NCBI GenBank assembly: GCA_046582655.1
Contig: JAYGDX010000073.1
Location: forward strand, 40,561 to 104,560
Direction of reading: 5' to 3'
DNA from: Candidatus Poribacteria bacterium
Lineage (GTDB): Bacteria > Poribacteria > WGA-4E > UBA9662
Length of the DNA: 64,000 bases
Shown here: in pieces, positions 51,513-61,624 of the stretch
How the letters are laid out: each line of letters opens with the position of its first letter
How positions within the stretch are numbered: the first letter of the stretch is position 1
Position numbers and translations under genes: made by a program
The notes under the pieces: model-generated
What the model was told of the DNA's origin: nothing
What the model saw: only the letters and a program-made list of their open reading frames with translations
Databases searched by the model: none

Positions 51513-52640
51513 TTATATTTTGACATCCCTAAGGTCTGCGTCATCCAAATTATTTGTTCCGAGCTTCGCCTTGGACGCAGACCGAATGTGTTTGGCAATC
51601 GTTTTGATAGAAGAAAGTCCCATTTCTGTCCGTTTCTCATCGATCGCTTCAAGCGCGATTTGATCAAGAATCACCGGATCGGTACTGGCAAAGATTCGAC
51701 CATGCTTCCAAACCCCATTGGGATCATAGATGGGACCACCGTCAAATCCCGCTAGAAGCGCGTCAACAATGTTTAAAACCAGTTTATCTTTAATCACTTT
51801 GTGGGCAAAAATCTCACTAACAGCTGGATCACAGTTCAATGGATTAGAATGAAATCGTCGCGTATTATCCACACCGCCAAACGTAATATTCTTTAAGCAT
51901 CCACTCACACCTGTTATGGCGTGGTGCTTCATGACCGGGACATTGATGATGACTGTAGCTATCTGCGTTAGGATTTTGCTGTAGTTTGAGCGTGTGCTTT
52001 GGCCTTCACGCCGTATTTCGATGTCGTTTTCAGTTTCATAAAAGACTGCTTCATCATAACCGATCTCATCACTGTCAGAAGCGAAATGTCGTACATCTTT
52101 GTCACTCTGGTTAATCTGATAACCAGCATTGACAAGATGTTTCTCAAATCGATCCCAGACGATAATCTGGTTTTCTAAAACCCCAACACCGTAAAGCCCT
52201 TCTACGATCTTATCGATGATAACATGGTGCGTACTGAAATCCTTGCCACCAATCGGATTTATTTTAATGGCGACAATATCATCCGGTAGAACAAAGTCTT
52301 TCCAAGCTTCCTTGGCTGATTGACGATCAGTGAGTTTTATCATCGCCTGATCTATCATGTCACCGACAATTTGTGGGTCTAGAAGACCTTCCTTCCACAC
52401 ATTATCACTCATAGCTTCTACAACCGGTACAGGCGGTTCTTCATCCATCTTAATTTGTTTACTTGACTGTGCATGAGCTAAATTGCTTATAGCTGTGACA
52501 GCACTTGCTGCTATACCGGTAGCAATAACACTCTTGGTAGTATCCTGTAGAAAGTTACGCCGATTAATCATACCCTGCGTAACCTCGTTGCAATCAGCCT
52601 GAATTTGTTCAATTATTAGGTCTTTAGGTTGATCTTTCAT
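51513..52640 (-). CDS. DUF362 domain protein with Tat signal
   Basis: NRRNFL, VAIKIN, INVPVMKHH..TG..GCLKN, DPV.LD; true start may be 52571. Confidence 0.82.
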   Translation of the reverse strand: MKDQPKDLIIEQIQADCNEVTQGMINRRNFLQDTTKSVIATGIAASAVTAISNLAHAQSSKQIKMDEEPPVPVVEAMSDNVWKEGLLDPQIVGDMIDQAMIKLTDRQSAKEAWKDFVLPDDIVAIKINPIGGKDFSTHHVIIDKIVEGLYGVGVLENQIIVWDRFEKHLVNAGYQINQSDKDVRHFASDSDEIGYDEAVFYETENDIEIRREGQSTRSNYSKILTQIATVIINVPVMKHHAITGVSGCLKNITFGGVDNTRRFHSNPLNCDPAVSEIFAHKVIKDKLVLNIVDALLAGFDGGPIYDPNGVWKHGRIFASTDPVILDQIALEAIDEKRTEMGLSSIKTIAKHIRSASKAKLGTNNLDDADLRDVKI

Positions 52641-52760
52641 TCATTCTGTTTCCATTTCAATTTGCAAATTATAGTCTGACCATATCTGATAGATTCAACT
52701 TCAACGGAGGTGTTGCACATTCCATTCACTTGAACCGAGTTATATTAGTATTTGTACTTA

Positions 52761-52784
52761 TGCTAGCGAAATCTTTCGCTAGCA
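52761..52784. repeat. perfect inverted repeat (hairpin or operator)
   Basis: TGCTAGCGAA-ATCT-TTCGCTAGCA. Confidence 0.7.
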
Positions 52785-52825
52785 CTTAACCCAAAGCAAC
52801 TTGAAATCTATGACGAGTTGTTGAG

Positions 52826-53082
52826 CTATATCTTGTAGGGCAATGGATCGCATCCTAATAGATGTCGATCAAGATTACGCAAGACGTATCGACCGCGTCG
52901 GCCAGTGCTGATGGTTGGCGATAAACGTCCGCCTGAAAATAGCTGTACTTTCGCTTTGATCTTAGCCGGATGAAGACTTCCGCACACCTTAGCCAGATTA
53001 GAAGCGATTTCTTCAACTTCGAATGGAACTTCTCACATGCTGGTAGTAACAAACAAGTTAAGATCCTACGTAATAAACGCAT
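52826..53082 (-). pseudogene. frameshifted small lipoprotein (carboxypeptidase-regulatory-like domain?)
   Basis: MRLLRRILTCLLLPAC lipobox; after a 1-nt shift near 53033 reads EVPFEVEEIASNLAKVCGSLHPAKIKAKVQLFSGG..TISTGRRGRYVLRNL. Confidence 0.45.
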
Positions 53083-53083
53083 T

Positions 53084-54028
53084 TCAACTTCTTATGCAGA
53101 TGGTACCATGAGCACCAACGATACAGGATATCTTTTTACTCACATGGACATCCAGCAAGTGTTCAGTTACGTTAACCTGTTCAACCTGCCAGTTTTGCCC
53201 ACCATCGTTGGTGAAAAGAACGAGACCATCTTCACCAACCACCCATCCATTTTGAGAATCTAAAAACACAACATCACGGAGTGTCTTTCGAGTTACATGA
53301 CTCTGACTAAGCCAATTTCGTCCCCCGTCATTTGTACGCAGCATCAATCCGTTCACACCAACAATCCATCCACTCTGCAACTTAGTAAAATGGCAAGCTA
53401 AAAGTGGTTGATCCGTGCCACTCTCCTGATGTACCCATGTCTCTCCTCCGTCATTAGTATGAAGGATTATTCCGTCTTTACCTACTGTCCATCCATTTTT
53501 GTTATCTACAAAGTGTACGCTCCACAAATGTCCCATCGAAGGTCCTCTCTGTTGTTCCCATCGGCCACCGCCATTGATTGTGTGTAGAATTTTGCCGTTA
53601 CCGCCAACAATCCACCCTTCTGACTCACTGGTAAAAAAGAGATCCAGCAATCCTGATTGCAAATTACTATTTTGCTTTACCCATGACCTACCGCCATTTG
53701 CTGTGTAAAGGATCTTTCCCTGCAGACCAATCACCCAACCATGGTTTCGACTAGAAAAATATACTTTGTTAATCGAACCAAAGGTTAAAGCATTCGGTTT
53801 CGATATCGTTCGCCATTTCAATCCACCGTCATCTGTTCTCAATATGATACTGTTACCGCCAACTGCCCAACCGTGTTTTTTATCAAAAAAATGGATGCTA
53901 TACAGGTGGTCGGTTGTATCAGTGTTGACGATCCTCCAGCTTTTTGCTGTTTCATTGACGTTACAGCCAAAGTAGAAAAAACTGATATTGAGCAAGAAAA
54001 AAAAACGCATGGATCGAAGTAATCTCAA
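53084..54028 (-). CDS. YCF48-related beta-propeller lipoprotein (BNR/Asp-box repeats)
   Basis: Six repeats of GW.VG..G.IL.T.[DN]GG..W; FGC lipobox. Confidence 0.88.
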   Translation of the reverse strand: MRLLRSMRFFFLLNISFFYFGCNVNETAKSWRIVNTDTTDHLYSIHFFDKKHGWAVGGNSIILRTDDGGLKWRTISKPNALTFGSINKVYFSSRNHGWVIGLQGKILYTANGGRSWVKQNSNLQSGLLDLFFTSESEGWIVGGNGKILHTINGGGRWEQQRGPSMGHLWSVHFVDNKNGWTVGKDGIILHTNDGGETWVHQESGTDQPLLACHFTKLQSGWIVGVNGLMLRTNDGGRNWLSQSHVTRKTLRDVVFLDSQNGWVVGEDGLVLFTNDGGQNWQVEQVNVTEHLLDVHVSKKISCIVGAHGTICIRS

Positions 54029-54093
54029 TTGCCCTCGATGGAACGAGCGTGATAGGATAGAATATTCGTAATTTTAACTGATGTTGGAATTAA

Positions 54094-55014
54094 GTGTCAA
54101 TGAACTATGTAATTGGAATCGACGGAGGCGGCTCAAAGACTGTTGGACTCTTTGCTAAGCCCGATGGAACAATACTCAGCCGCGCAGAAGCTGATGGTTC
54201 CAATTACCATGTTGTTGGTGCTGATCGCACTAAACAAATACTAGCTGATTTAATCGTCGCTTTGTTAGATCAAGCCGATGTAGCGCCTGACAGTCAAATT
54301 GCATATTGTCTGGGTATGGCAGGTCTCGGTCGGGAATCAGATCAAGCTGTGATCAATAATATATGTGACGGTATAGGTCTGGACCGTCGCCGTATCCTGA
54401 CACATGATGCCGAAATTGCTTTAGTTGGTGGACTGGGCAAGCTTGAGGGAGTGATTCTGATTTCAGGCACTGGGGCAATTGCCTACGGCCAGACCGCTGA
54501 TGGACGAAGTGCTCGGTCCAATGGATGGGGACATCTACTTGGTGACGAAGGAAGTGGCTACTTTATTGGGTTGCAAGCACTTCGAGCAGTTGTACGTGCC
54601 GAAGATGGGAGAACCCAGCCAACTAAAATCAGAGATTTGGTTCTCTCTGAAATTGGGTTGTCAACTCCCAAGGATCTTGTTGCTTGGACACACGGCATAT
54701 CCAAAGGTCAGATCGCATATCTGTCAAGAATTGTCTTTGAGGTAATGGAGTCGGGCGATGAAGTTGCCAAGCAAATTATCACTCGCGCGGCTGACGAACT
54801 GGCGCGTTCAGCCCAAGTTGTGATTGATAAATTAAACCTGAACCCGACACCGGAAGTGGTATTAAGTGGCGGCGTTATGCTAAATCAACCTGTCTTAGTC
54901 AAGATGATTCAAGATCGGTGTCCAGGCATACAAACTCGTCTGGCAACAAATGAGCCTGCATATGGAGCAATTCTACTGGCTATAAGCGCATATTTTAGCG
55001 ATTCAGGAAACTAG
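54094..55014 (+). CDS. BadF/BadG/BcrA/BcrD ATPase (N-acetylglucosamine kinase-like)
   Basis: GIDGGGSKT, DA.IAL, ISGTG, GWGHLLGDEGSG. Confidence 0.9.
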   Translation: MSMNYVIGIDGGGSKTVGLFAKPDGTILSRAEADGSNYHVVGADRTKQILADLIVALLDQADVAPDSQIAYCLGMAGLGRESDQAVINNICDGIGLDRRRILTHDAEIALVGGLGKLEGVILISGTGAIAYGQTADGRSARSNGWGHLLGDEGSGYFIGLQALRAVVRAEDGRTQPTKIRDLVLSEIGLSTPKDLVAWTHGISKGQIAYLSRIVFEVMESGDEVAKQIITRAADELARSAQVVIDKLNLNPTPEVVLSGGVMLNQPVLVKMIQDRCPGIQTRLATNEPAYGAILLAISAYFSDSGN

Positions 55015-55018
55015 AATT

Positions 55019-55900
55019 GTGTTGTTACTCTTTAGCAGATTCCCAATTCACGGCCAACTCGGTTTGCTATTAGTGCTGATATTTTGGATATTAAATTGGT
55101 CGCTAAGTGGTTTACTACAGGGATCTCCTAATCCGACCTTAACATCACATGCCGGTTTTTTCCCGCTATGGCTTGGATATAGTTTAACGGTTGATGCGTT
55201 GGTTTTTTGCCGAAAAGGGCATTCGATGCTCAGCCGAAATTACAAAGCTTACATTCAGCTTTTCCTTGTCTCTTGTCCGGTATGGTGGCTATTCGAGTTA
55301 ATTAATTGGCGAACCGGAAATTGGCTCTATCAAGGTCGCGATTCCTTTTCCAATTTACAATATTTCTTGTTTGCTTCAATCAGTTTTTCGACCGTTATTC
55401 CAGCTGTTTTCGGTACAGCGGAACTGTCCTCAACTTTCAACTGGATCAAGCGGGCTAAGTCTGGGTTCAAAATCGCGTCGTGTCAAACATTATCAATTCC
55501 AATGTTTATCATTGGATGGTGTATGTTAGGATTGATGCTTTGGAAGCCTAGATACTGCTTTCCGTTTGTATGGATTTCGGTGCATTTCATTATCGAACCC
55601 CTAAATATTTGGCTCGGAAACGGAACATTATTGCGACGCTTAGAAAAAGGCGATTGGCGCACAATCTACGCACTGGCTACAGGATGTTTAATATGCGGGT
55701 TCTTCTGGGAGATGTGGAATTTCTATTCCTACCCTAAGTGGGTATATCAAATTCCATTTGTTGGATTCTTCAAAGTCTTTGAGATGCCGATCCTTGGTTA
55801 CGGTGGTTATATTCCTTTTTCATTTGAACTTTTCGCGATATATCATTTATTTGCAGGATTTTTGAAGCAAAAGGATAATGAACGATTTATCCAGTTATAG
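55019..55900 (+). CDS. conserved hypothetical membrane protein
   Basis: About 8 TMs, WWLFE..N...NW.Y, WEMWNF...KWVY, FEMPILGY. Confidence 0.7.
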   Translation: MLLLFSRFPIHGQLGLLLVLIFWILNWSLSGLLQGSPNPTLTSHAGFFPLWLGYSLTVDALVFCRKGHSMLSRNYKAYIQLFLVSCPVWWLFELINWRTGNWLYQGRDSFSNLQYFLFASISFSTVIPAVFGTAELSSTFNWIKRAKSGFKIASCQTLSIPMFIIGWCMLGLMLWKPRYCFPFVWISVHFIIEPLNIWLGNGTLLRRLEKGDWRTIYALATGCLICGFFWEMWNFYSYPKWVYQIPFVGFFKVFEMPILGYGGYIPFSFELFAIYHLFAGFLKQKDNERFIQL

Positions 55901-56015
55901 CTTCTAAGTTTTTCTCCCCTGTTAATTTGTCAAAGTTGTTATCTGAATGAGACTCAAGATTTTTGGTAGACACCCCTTACATATTTTGTCGGGTGGCTTA
56001 GGAGAAAGCGCTAGT

Positions 56016-56843
56016 TTATAGTACAGGCCATAAAATATAAACAACTCCTCCTATAAAGAATAGGACAATGAATAGGAAAAACGATAAACAACCACTTCCA
56101 CTTTTAGGATTAGACTTGGAAGTTAAGTTAACTGAGTTTGAGACACCACTGTTTTCGTTATTGTTGAGTTTAAGTTGTTTTAAAGAAGTTAAGTTGCTTA
56201 AAGCTGAAGCATCACTAATTTTATTATTATTAAGAAAAAGTCGTTTCAGGGAGGTTAAGTTGCCTAAGGCGTCAACATTACTGATCTCGTTACTATCAAG
56301 CATCAAACTGGTTAAGGAACTTAAATTGCCTAAGGCGGAGATGTCATTGATTTGGTTCTCGCTAAGCACGAGGCTGGTCAATGAACTTAGGTTGTCTAAA
56401 GCTGAAATATTATTGATTTCGTTATTATCAAGCATCAGACTGGTTAAGGAACTTAAATTGCCTAAGGTAGAGATATCACTGATCCTATTATTGTTGAGAT
56501 AAAGCCGTTTCAGCGAAGTTAAGCCGCCTAAGGCGGAGATGTCTCTGATTTCGTTATCACTTAGAAAAACTGTATCCAAAGACGTTAAATTGCCTAAGGC
56601 AGACAAATCTCTTATCCGGTTACTGTTAAGATAGAGATGAGTCAATGAAGTTAAATCATCCAAAGCGGAGATATCTCTTATCTGGTTATCGTCAAGCATT
56701 AGGCTGGTTAAGGAAGTACAGTACTCAATTCCGGTTAAATCTGATATGCCTCTACCACTCAAATTTAAGGAGGATAAAGAAGCAAGCTCCTTTGGCAATA
56801 ACTCTTCAGGCATATCAAATTTTTCGATAAGTACATCAATCAT
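56016..56843 (-). CDS. internalin-type leucine-rich repeat protein with C-terminal TM
   Basis: Eight full 22-aa LxxLxLxxNxIxDISALxxLxS repeats plus partial flanking ones; hydrophobic tail. Confidence 0.9.
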   Translation of the reverse strand: MIDVLIEKFDMPEELLPKELASLSSLNLSGRGISDLTGIEYCTSLTSLMLDDNQIRDISALDDLTSLTHLYLNSNRIRDLSALGNLTSLDTVFLSDNEIRDISALGGLTSLKRLYLNNNRISDISTLGNLSSLTSLMLDNNEINNISALDNLSSLTSLVLSENQINDISALGNLSSLTSLMLDSNEISNVDALGNLTSLKRLFLNNNKISDASALSNLTSLKQLKLNNNENSGVSNSVNLTSKSNPKSGSGCLSFFLFIVLFFIGGVVYILWPVL

Positions 56844-56961
56844 GATTATTCATCTTTTCCAAACAGAACAGGTATTTTGGAGTGAACGAAAACGCTGTAG
56901 CTTGACGCGTTTTAGGGCATGGGCTAGTATGGTGGGGTTGTATGTCACTCGAAATTTACGT

Positions 56962-57774
56962 CTAATTCCTTTTTTCTAGTCCTTTTGCTCGCATGAATCG
57001 CGGATAATCGGCATGGTTCTCGGACGCAATATGGAAGATGGTGGGCTGGCAAATAATCGCGTCTCCTGGTTGGCCTGTTAACTCCACCACACGTACCGGA
57101 ACATCATCGACACTTGTTTCTTTATCCATGAAAAAGGCGATACGATCAACTGGACTTTCATCGTGACCGGTTAACTGAGCCAACCAGCGGTTTGAGGTAC
57201 AAAACTGTTTCCGCAGTACACGACGTTTCTGGCTTCGATCTCCTTCGGATAGATTTTGAAAGAATCGCTTCAATAACCAATGTGAACCGGAGACAATCAG
57301 CGTCCCACCACCCAACGGTTTAACTTCAGAAAAAAAGGTGAAAACAAACACACCAGAAAGATTTTCCATATCTTCAATTCCGGAGCGTCCATCCCAGTGC
57401 CAAGGGACACCGTTGCAGTGGCTGATTGGAACGGTCCAGTCGTGATCGAGTTTTTGGGGAAAAGAAACCAGAAAACTACCCCACTTTTTTGGCGCCTCCC
57501 AAGTCCCTTCACCCAGTAAATCATCAATAGCACGGCACATTCGCTGGCTGGCAATATCACTATAGATCGCATTTTCAGCAGATTTATTGAGTCCGGTAAC
57601 ATGTTTATCCCAAGTGTTTGGATCAGACCGGAGGATACTGCACTTCTCTTCGAGCTTGTCCCAGATAAAATCTTGCATGGCTAAGGCATCTGCCGGAGAA
57701 AAAGCCTCTGGTATGCGAACATAACCTTGCTGCTGAAAGCACTCGAGATCTGTAGATTTTAGAATCTTTGCCAT
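56962..57774 (-). CDS. PhyH family dioxygenase
   Basis: FQQQGYV, WHWD, GGTLIVSGSH, GQPGD, FH..SEN; alternative start 57798. Confidence 0.88.
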   Translation of the reverse strand: MAKILKSTDLECFQQQGYVRIPEAFSPADALAMQDFIWDKLEEKCSILRSDPNTWDKHVTGLNKSAENAIYSDIASQRMCRAIDDLLGEGTWEAPKKWGSFLVSFPQKLDHDWTVPISHCNGVPWHWDGRSGIEDMENLSGVFVFTFFSEVKPLGGGTLIVSGSHWLLKRFFQNLSEGDRSQKRRVLRKQFCTSNRWLAQLTGHDESPVDRIAFFMDKETSVDDVPVRVVELTGQPGDAIICQPTIFHIASENHADYPRFMRAKGLEKRN

Positions 57775-57810
57775 TTCACGATTCGTTTTTGATTTCACGA
57801 TTCGTTTTTG
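57773..57810. repeat. perfect 19-bp tandem duplication
   Basis: ATTTCACGATTCGTTTTTG x2. Confidence 0.9.
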
Positions 57811-58643
57811 GCCGCAGCTAGGACTTCGGAAATCTGATCGGCGAACCGAGTTTGACTGTCATCTTCCGGCGCATAACCGATGGCATTTCGGGCGTTCTGG
57901 ATGCTCCAGAAACGGTGGGTATTGTTGCTTATACCATAGAAAATTTGGAACGGAACACCATTTTCGTCAGCGATGTCTTCAACCTCAATACTCTTGACAA
58001 CTAGTTGAATCTGATCCTGTAAACTAAGATAAGCACCAAGTGCGCGATGAACGCGTTTCAAATCTGATGCCCCCAATCCTTCAATATCAGTTTCACGCGG
58101 GCCACCGATTCGAAGTTGGACATTCTCCAACCGTATACCATCGGTCATTGCACCAGTAGCAAAAACGAATCCCAGCGACTCGTAGGAAATCTTGGCCCAG
58201 CCGTAGTAATTGTCGGAAAGCGGTATCATATCAGGAGTCACAAACTCCATTTTATCCTGCCAGATCAGCCGCTCGTAGAAGTCAGCCGCATGGTTGGAAC
58301 TACAGACCACAGCACGACGGACGCCCTCCTCAACACAGGTTTGATAAACGTTATAGCACATAGCCACGTTATCCAGCTCTTTCCAAAACTGACGGTGAGC
58401 CTGACTAGCCGATCCAATAAATCCACAGTGCACTACTGAATCAACACCTTGGAAATACTGACGGTAATTATCACGATCCTTATCCAGCAGATCGATAATA
58501 ATCACATCCTCAACTTTTTCGCCCTCACGGTTAGTGTCCTTGATATCAAGAATAGTAAGATCGTATCGTTGGCGAAGTTCTGATAACATTCGCCCGGCAA
58601 TGTAACCTGTTCCACCAGTGATCAATACCTTGCGTTTAGCCAT
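57795..58643 (-). CDS. NAD-dependent epimerase/dehydratase (uronate dehydrogenase-like)
   Basis: ITGGTGYI, SSNHA, YGWAK, RIG, YGISNN...W. Confidence 0.82.
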   Translation of the reverse strand: MAKRKVLITGGTGYIAGRMLSELRQRYDLTILDIKDTNREGEKVEDVIIIDLLDKDRDNYRQYFQGVDSVVHCGFIGSASQAHRQFWKELDNVAMCYNVYQTCVEEGVRRAVVCSSNHAADFYERLIWQDKMEFVTPDMIPLSDNYYGWAKISYESLGFVFATGAMTDGIRLENVQLRIGGPRETDIEGLGASDLKRVHRALGAYLSLQDQIQLVVKSIEVEDIADENGVPFQIFYGISNNTHRFWSIQNARNAIGYAPEDDSQTRFADQISEVLAAAKNES

Positions 58644-58660
58644 TAGGTCTTCCTCTTTCT

Positions 58661-59677
58661 TTAAACATCGAATTCCAGGACCATCACCCACGACGGGCTT
58701 TGACCCACTTCATACGTTTTGAGTGGTGATAGTGAACCTTTCTGTCTGTCGATTCTATACGTAGCCAATTTTCCAGATCCTTGACCGCCGGCAAATAGGA
58801 AGTTTCCGGTCGGATCGACGTCGAATGTTCTTGGCGTTGGTTCGCTAGGTTGCTGCCCGACAGTGGTTAGTCGACCATTCGATTGATCTACGGCAAAAAT
58901 GGCGATACTATCATGCCCACGATTGGAGACATACAGAAATTCTCCGGTAGGGTCTAAGTGGATCTGAGCACAGGTGTTAGGTTCATCAAAATCATCGGGC
59001 AGTGTCGAAAGAGTTTGAAAAGGAGAAAGCGTACCGATATCCGCATCAAGATGGTAAGCCGTTACGCTACTCCCCTGCTCATTGGAGAAATACAAGATAT
59101 CTTTACTTGGATGGTGACAGTAGTGGCGCGGTCCTTCACCATCTGCTGGTATCACTTTTGGCACAGTATTAGGCATCAGTTTTCCGGTGTTCTGGTTGAA
59201 TAAGAACTGACAAATCATATTCGGTTCGACAGTGTGCGGAACAAAAGCATACCGGTTAGTAGGGTCAGTCATAACGCAGTGAGCGTGTTCAGCTGTCTCG
59301 ATCCACGAAATGGGGTCGGCAACCACCAGTTTGTCATTGCCAATCTGGTGAACGGATACGCAACCAGCACCATAGTAGGCTGATAACAGGAAATTATCGC
59401 TTTGATCCAAGGTAATGTAACATGAGTTCGATTGGATCTTGGTTTGCCCAATTTGGGTGAGTTGACCATCACTCTGGTTGATCTCAAAAACAGCAATTTG
59501 CTCAGTTGATCTTAGACCAGCATAAAGATATGCCTGCTCTGAATCGACAACCAGTGGTGCCGGTGTGCCATCAACTGTAACGTGGCTTAGAAGAGAGAGA
59601 TCGCCAGTATCTGGATCCATCTGGTAAATCGAAATTTTGTTTTCTCCAGAAATTGAAAAGTAAGCAATGTATTGCAC
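58661..59677 (-). CDS. lactonase family protein (6-phosphogluconolactonase-like)
   Basis: HAH, GPRH, NE, YVSNRGHDSIA, PR.F. Confidence 0.9.
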   Translation of the reverse strand: MQYIAYFSISGENKISIYQMDPDTGDLSLLSHVTVDGTPAPLVVDSEQAYLYAGLRSTEQIAVFEINQSDGQLTQIGQTKIQSNSCYITLDQSDNFLLSAYYGAGCVSVHQIGNDKLVVADPISWIETAEHAHCVMTDPTNRYAFVPHTVEPNMICQFLFNQNTGKLMPNTVPKVIPADGEGPRHYCHHPSKDILYFSNEQGSSVTAYHLDADIGTLSPFQTLSTLPDDFDEPNTCAQIHLDPTGEFLYVSNRGHDSIAIFAVDQSNGRLTTVGQQPSEPTPRTFDVDPTGNFLFAGGQGSGKLATYRIDRQKGSLSPLKTYEVGQSPSWVMVLEFDV

Positions 59678-59779
59678 AAATATACCTCCAACCCATGTTT
59701 ATATTTTATAAAGCCTTGAGCTATCACTCTGCGTTGACAACACTGAGACAATTTGACACCAAGAGGCGAACCCACCGAT

Positions 59780-60820
59780 TTAAGTTATTGGCACGGCTTT
59801 TCCGATCCGACTTGATTCCATAGCCGAGTCTAGCATCTGCATCAACATCACTGCCTCTGCAGCTGGGTTCAGCGGTTGATCCTTTTCAATGATAGCTCGA
59901 ATAAACTCTTGAGACTGTAACGTAACTGGATCCACTGACAGTTCGGCTGTATTGAGAGGTTTGACCTCCACTCCGTTAGGTGTACCGATTAAAAGACGAT
60001 CATTTTCAATGCCGCCTAGGGTACCATAAATTTTTACATCCTGAAACTCTGTTCTGACAATGTTTTCTTCATTTGGTGTCTCCTCATTGGCTGTGTTGAG
60101 TGAAAAAGCCACAGCGAAATGAAGTACGGAACCATTTTTAAAACGAACCTGACCACAAGCGGCATCATCAGCAGTGTATATTTGATCTGCCGGTGCCAGG
60201 TCAGAAAAGTGGCAATACAGTTCAGCTGAGACCTCAGTTGGTTGCGGGCAACCCATCATGAACCAAGCATTGTCAATGGCATGGATTCCCAAATCCAGCA
60301 AGACTCCACCACCTTTTTCCTTATCGTGCCGCCAGCCTCTGCCGGAACACCAGCGAGTACGAATCCATCGTGTGTCGGCATAATAAATATCACCCAGATC
60401 TCCATCTTGTATTCGTTGTCTGCCAGCCATCAACCGCGGTGAAAATCGTGATTGCCGGACAAACATACAGACGAGATTTTTTCCTCCTGCCAGTTGGGCT
60501 AACTTTACCATCTCTTCTGCGGTGTTGGTGGGCGGTTTTTCGCACAGAACATGCAATCCACGTTCCAAGGCTGCCTGCGAGGCGGGGGCATGTAACCAAG
60601 TTGGCAGACCAATACAAACAGCGTCTAGATCTACGCCATCTAACATCTCAAGATAGTCATCGAAAATCTGAACATCGTTTATCCCTTCCAATACACTATT
60701 CCGGCGGGCGGGATCCGGATCGGCCAAAGCTACTACTTCAGATGACTCTTCCCCAGCCAGAATGCGCGTTGTGGACGAAATTGTACCACCGATACCAATA
60801 ATACCAACTCTAACGTTCAT
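59780..60820 (-). CDS. Gfo/Idh/MocA family oxidoreductase
   Basis: GIIGIGG, HVLCEKPP, GGGVLLDLGIHAID. Confidence 0.9.
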   Translation of the reverse strand: MNVRVGIIGIGGTISSTTRILAGEESSEVVALADPDPARRNSVLEGINDVQIFDDYLEMLDGVDLDAVCIGLPTWLHAPASQAALERGLHVLCEKPPTNTAEEMVKLAQLAGGKNLVCMFVRQSRFSPRLMAGRQRIQDGDLGDIYYADTRWIRTRWCSGRGWRHDKEKGGGVLLDLGIHAIDNAWFMMGCPQPTEVSAELYCHFSDLAPADQIYTADDAACGQVRFKNGSVLHFAVAFSLNTANEETPNEENIVRTEFQDVKIYGTLGGIENDRLLIGTPNGVEVKPLNTAELSVDPVTLQSQEFIRAIIEKDQPLNPAAEAVMLMQMLDSAMESSRIGKAVPIT

Positions 60821-60837
60821 TATGATTCCTTTCTAGA

Positions 60838-61624
60838 TTAAAGTTCGCGTACCAGACGAAAGCCAAAAGTGTAGCAGGCCCCAAAATGTCGGAAACGTGC
60901 CGCTGATCTGACACTGACAGCGCTTCTCCTGCCACGGTACCATGATCCACCCCGGACCACATAATATTGACCGTTATCAAGACCAGGTGGATCATGATTC
61001 GGTGCACGAAAGTAATAGTCAGCGGCGAACCAATCTCGACACCATTCCCAGACGTTGCCGGCACAATCCATCACACCATGTGGGGAAATACCTTGTGGAT
61101 AATCGCCGACAACGGTCGTCCCTTTGCCAGTGATGTTGCACTTGGTTTCTTCAAACTGGTTTCCCCACAGCCAGAGACGGGCATCATCTCCACGAGCTGC
61201 TTTTTCCCATTGTGCTTCGGTGGGTAAATTGATCTTGTCACCTGTCTCTCGGCTAAGCCATTGGCAGTAAGCTAAAGCGTCCTTACAGGTTACGCAAACC
61301 ACCGGATGGTCCCACTTTTCCTTAAGTGGCTAACCTGGCAGTTTATACCAGACTAACTTTCCTAATCCATCAAGTTCCCGATCAGTTTGATAACCAGTAT
61401 CGTCAACACAAAACTTAAACTGACGGTTGGTCACTGGATAAATGCCGATTTCAAACTGGGAAAGATAAATTTGTCGTTGGGGATGTTCACGTGCTAACCA
61501 TTCATCAGGATAATCAGGATCAATCTGCTTAATCCGGTGTATTTGCTTCTGGCTAGATCCCATAGCAAAAATGCCGGCGGGAATGGTTCTCCACTCTATT
61601 TTTTGGTTGGGTAATGTTAAGCAT
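60838..61624 (-). pseudogene. formylglycine-generating enzyme (FGE-sulfatase) domain gene, disrupted
   Basis: IEWRTIPAG.F.MGS, YPVTN, HPVV.V, LPTEAQWEKAARG, GNVWEW, RGGSW, GFR; in-frame TAG at 61330-61332 and an extra A in the A6 run near 61600 separating the ATG at 61624. Confidence 0.8.

Noticed and set aside
52843..52959. Short + ORF with Cys-TGA (GQC*W) as a second selenoprotein
   Set aside because: Only 15 codons follow the TGA and no family is recognisable
52824..52995. Nested stems on the + strand suggesting a 6S-like RNA
   Set aside because: Helices are short, no good promoter is visible, and the minus strand is better explained as a frameshifted lipoprotein; an Rfam covariance search would settle it
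56140..56720. 66-bp periodicity as a CRISPR or DNA repeat array
   Set aside because: Explained by degenerate LRR coding repeats; no CRISPR array noticed in the window
61330..61332. Pyrrolysine or amber readthrough in the FGE gene
   Set aside because: The gene has a second lesion and drifted residues; no pyl genes are in view
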